Position numbers and translations under genes: made by a program | Assembly: GCA_964035545.1 (NCBI GenBank) | Contig: OZ037768.1 | Span: 14,145,675 to 14,209,674 of the forward strand | Direction of reading: 5' to 3' | DNA from: Bugula neritina | Lineage: Eukaryota > Animalia > Bryozoa | Length of the DNA: 64,000 bases | Part shown: positions 1 to 64,000 of the stretch, piece after piece | Position numbering within the stretch: the stretch's first letter is position 1 | Layout of the letters: the number at the start of each line of letters is the position of its first letter | Notes under the pieces: generated by a model | The model's database searches: none | The model's input: the letters and a program-made list of their open reading frames with translations, nothing else | Told to the model about the DNA's origin: nothing

Positions 1-55
1 ATGATTGTGGGCATAAAGAGGATTTGTAGCAGAGTTTGCTATGTTTACAGACTAA

Positions 56-60671
<60,616 letters not shown>

Positions 60672-62439
60672 AGCTTGTTCTAAAATATAAAAAAGTTTAA
60701 AAATACAATAATGAGAGAACATAAAATAAAAGTAATTCCTTGCTATTAGGGCATCTTCTCCCAACATTGTCTTTGTCTTTTTCATGGAAAAGTTCAAGAC
60801 AATTTTAGAAAAATATGCCTACTAGCAAATATTTTAATCTTATAATTACGATTTTGATGTTAGACTATTGTTTAAACATTTTCATTTACATAAAATAACA
60901 TTATTGTGAGAGTATTTAGTTTGTAAACAATTTCTCTGGGTGATGTGTGGGAATTATTATAAAAGCATTGGTATAATTAATAATTTAAAAGACATCAGAG
61001 CAAAATTCTAAAGGTGTGCATCTTACACGCCTTATTATACCATCTACTTGCAAAATTGATTTCTAAGTTTAGTGCATGCGTGCATAATACATAGCCAAAA
61101 CATATCACAGGTCACTGAAGCTCACATAACTAAAAGAACCTCAGGGAAACAGAAAGTCGATGTGAAACTTTGTTAATCCTCACTTACACTACCAATAAAA
61201 GACTTATACTTCAGGTATGCTATCTATAACACTGAAGCTTCACCTTAGTTCTCAATACATTATAAACAAAATAAAACATACAGCCAATAGTGAAAACAAA
61301 CTTGGTAATTTAGTATGTCATGAGTCACACTTTAAATTTTTTTCTCAATTCAAAAGTTGACATCGATATTGGTATTTAGGGGATGGAATTATTAAATACT
61401 TTATCCTATAGGTTACTAGTTAGTAGTTATACATACACTACATTCCCATGCTTCGAAAGGATCCACAATGAATGCTTCTACTGATGTTAACCTACAACTG
61501 TGATTTCATACTGTCTCCATGCATCGAATAAAAAATCCATTGCATAATTCGAAACATGGGGCATAGTGATAATCTCTAATTGCTATGGTGGTAAGATGTT
61601 CACAATGAAACAAATTGATTCTATTAACCACATACTCCACTACCAATATATATTTTTCAACATGTTACTACATAATATACTACTATTATTTGTATTGGAT
61701 TAGGTAAAATAAAAATATTAGCATAACTGCAATAACACTAACTTGTGAGCTTTTCATCATATAAAAAAAACAGTTGTCATACTAATTTTAAAATTTTGGG
61801 TAACAAAATTTTAGCACAAGTAATAATTACTGCAGATTTTAGCACTACAGCAAGTTCCCTGTACTCCTAGTATCAAATTATTTAACAAGCACAAAAGAAT
61901 GACAGTTTATCAGAAAAATTTAAAGCCATAAAATAATGTTCATGCAGTATAGTAAGTATACATTCTGAAACCAGCTATATGAAACGATAAAAATATTAGA
62001 CATAATTTTATAATAATAACTAAATCACTATGACCACAGCATTTATTAATTGTTACCAAGTCAAATATTTGCCTAATTAAACAAAATACAAAACATTTAT
62101 TTATTTATAATTATTTACAACAAAATTCTTATTATTAGTAGCAAACACTAAAAGTGGTTATAGTTGTAATGACCATGATTTTTTTCAAAGCTAAAATAGA
62201 AACCATGAACATATGACAACAAATAATAATTGTAGATATAAGTGATATGGAAACAACCAATATGAAAGTGTATACCAATGTAAAAAGTAGGCACTATATA
62301 TTAATTAATATTTATAAAAAATTATTATCAATACTTTTCTAGGGATAAATCATCCATAAAGGTAAACTAAAAATCAACTTAAAACAATTAGTTATAATTG
62401 ATAAATAATAATCATGTTATAATGCATAAATAAATAAGA

Positions 62440-63580
62440 AAATTTTTAAACTCAAAACTGAATGGAGTGAATATATCTAAGAAATGTATACATGGGCAGT
62501 GTCAGTAGTGGGTTACATGGCTAGAACACTGAAATTAGACTATTAATGAGCTAAAAGAGATGAATTGAACGGCAAACAAACTAATGACAATAAATCATGC
62601 ACTTTACCTAGAAGCAAAAGACAGGTTGTATGCTAGCAGGAAAGAAGGAAGCATTTATATAGTGTCAAATGAGAATGTGTAAGGATTGAAAACTGTAGCT
62701 TATCAGATTAAATAAAGAGCAGGCAAATATGAAGACGTAATATTGAGTGACTTTAAATAGGTTAAAACCACATTAAGGTAAAGCTAAAAAATACCAATTT
62801 AATTAAGAGAACTGATGGAATGAAAAGAGAAGACTTCAATTGGACAATATATTAGAAAGGTAGATAAAGTAGAAACATACCCAAGAAACTGGTCAAGATC
62901 TAAATAACTGAAAAAAGGCAGAGCGATTGTTTTTGTCTGCTCAAAATTAAGCTTTTCCGGTTAGAGAATACAAGGTGACCAGAATGAAAAGTGAAAACCA
63001 AAGCAGCATGAGGTGTCAAATGTGTAATGCAAGGAATGAAATATGATATCCATAACGAGATATGATATCCATAACGAGTGTGAAAAGCTAGAACAGTGCA
63101 AATACACAAAGACATGATCCTGTGGCTTTGATAATTCACAGACAATTTTGTGGTATGAATGGATTCCAAAGGTGCAGGAATTGGTTGGACTTCCGAGCAG
63201 AATTAGCAATGGAAGATACATCACAATATTGTATAATTCCAACATATACATTGACAAGTCACTAAAGCTAAAAAAAAGCTTGATAACATGTTAGTTGGAA
63301 AGCACAATGTAGAAACAGTGATCACCAATATAGCTGTCCCTGGTGACTACATTGTAGAGGAGATAGAATCAATGAACGTAGCAAAATAACAGAATCTGGC
63401 ACTAGAACTCATAAGCCTTTGGAAAAAAACTGAATAAAATTTATCCCTATATAACTGGAGCTCTTGGGGTTACACCGTATATTGGACAACATTACTTATA
63501 TTGGGTAAGAAAAAATACACATTGACTCAACAGACAGTCCTACTAGGATCAGCATATTTTGAAAAAAAAGTATATTCATC
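62440..63580 (+). mobile_element. Decayed, 5'-truncated R4/Dong-like non-LTR retrotransposon (RT C-terminus, CCHC knuckle, restriction-like endonuclease)
   Basis: Across frameshifts and stops: SKLNG..TWAVSVV..ELKEM..KLMT.NHAL..DRLYASRKEG; LFLSAQ; CQMCN..H...CEKL; HDPVALIIH; IAVPGD..K*QNLALELISLW..GALG; QTVLLGSAYF. Confidence 0.85.
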
Positions 63581-64000
63581 ACAAGTTAGTAGCAATAGGT
63601 CAATGGTAAAAGATTACAATAGCAAAAAAATTGTTGATACATCCAATAATAATATCATACCAACTATTATTCTAAATATCTTTCTTGTTCTGACACTTGA
63701 ATTACGAATTTAATAAATATATATAGCAACAGGACATTGAAAATATGACTATAAGTATAACATTGTAAACAAATAAAAGAAATATTCCACTTACTAATTT
63801 GATAAATCTGGTAGTTTTAAAATGTAAACTTGGTTAAAAGAAAAGTAATAATACTAAAATATTAAATTAGTGATATAGTTAATGTTATTAGTTATACATA
63901 TTGATATAAATTGCATGAGCATTGCTATTATAATTATCATCATCAGTCATTATTATTTTGAAATTATCAGTATCTTTCAGTTTATTACGTCACCTGAAAA

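Overview
AT-rich, intron-rich animal (invertebrate-like) genomic DNA, not prokaryotic. Almost the whole window (56..60671, minus strand) is one apparently complete, intact gene for the very large adhesion GPCR ADGRV1/VLGR1/GPR98. By hand I traced about 76 coding exons and roughly 6,100-6,200 aa: signal peptide, many Calx-beta repeats, a LamG/pentraxin domain, a PAN/Apple-like cysteine insert, a divergent EAR-like region, GAIN/GPS, 7TM, and a C-terminal RISIADTHL PDZ-binding motif. Two introns need non-canonical GC donors. One intron (37666..40808) holds a complete antisense 3-exon gene for a secreted coiled-coil plus C-type lectin protein, with its own CCAAT/TATA promoter and polyA signals. 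Other introns carry two copies of a tRNA-Thr-derived SINE, two copies of a foldback MITE, a hAT-like MITE, a triplicated splice donor, and several mini- and microsatellites. A decayed R4/Dong-type non-LTR retrotransposon lies upstream of the gene. All homology calls come from recalled motifs; no database search was run.
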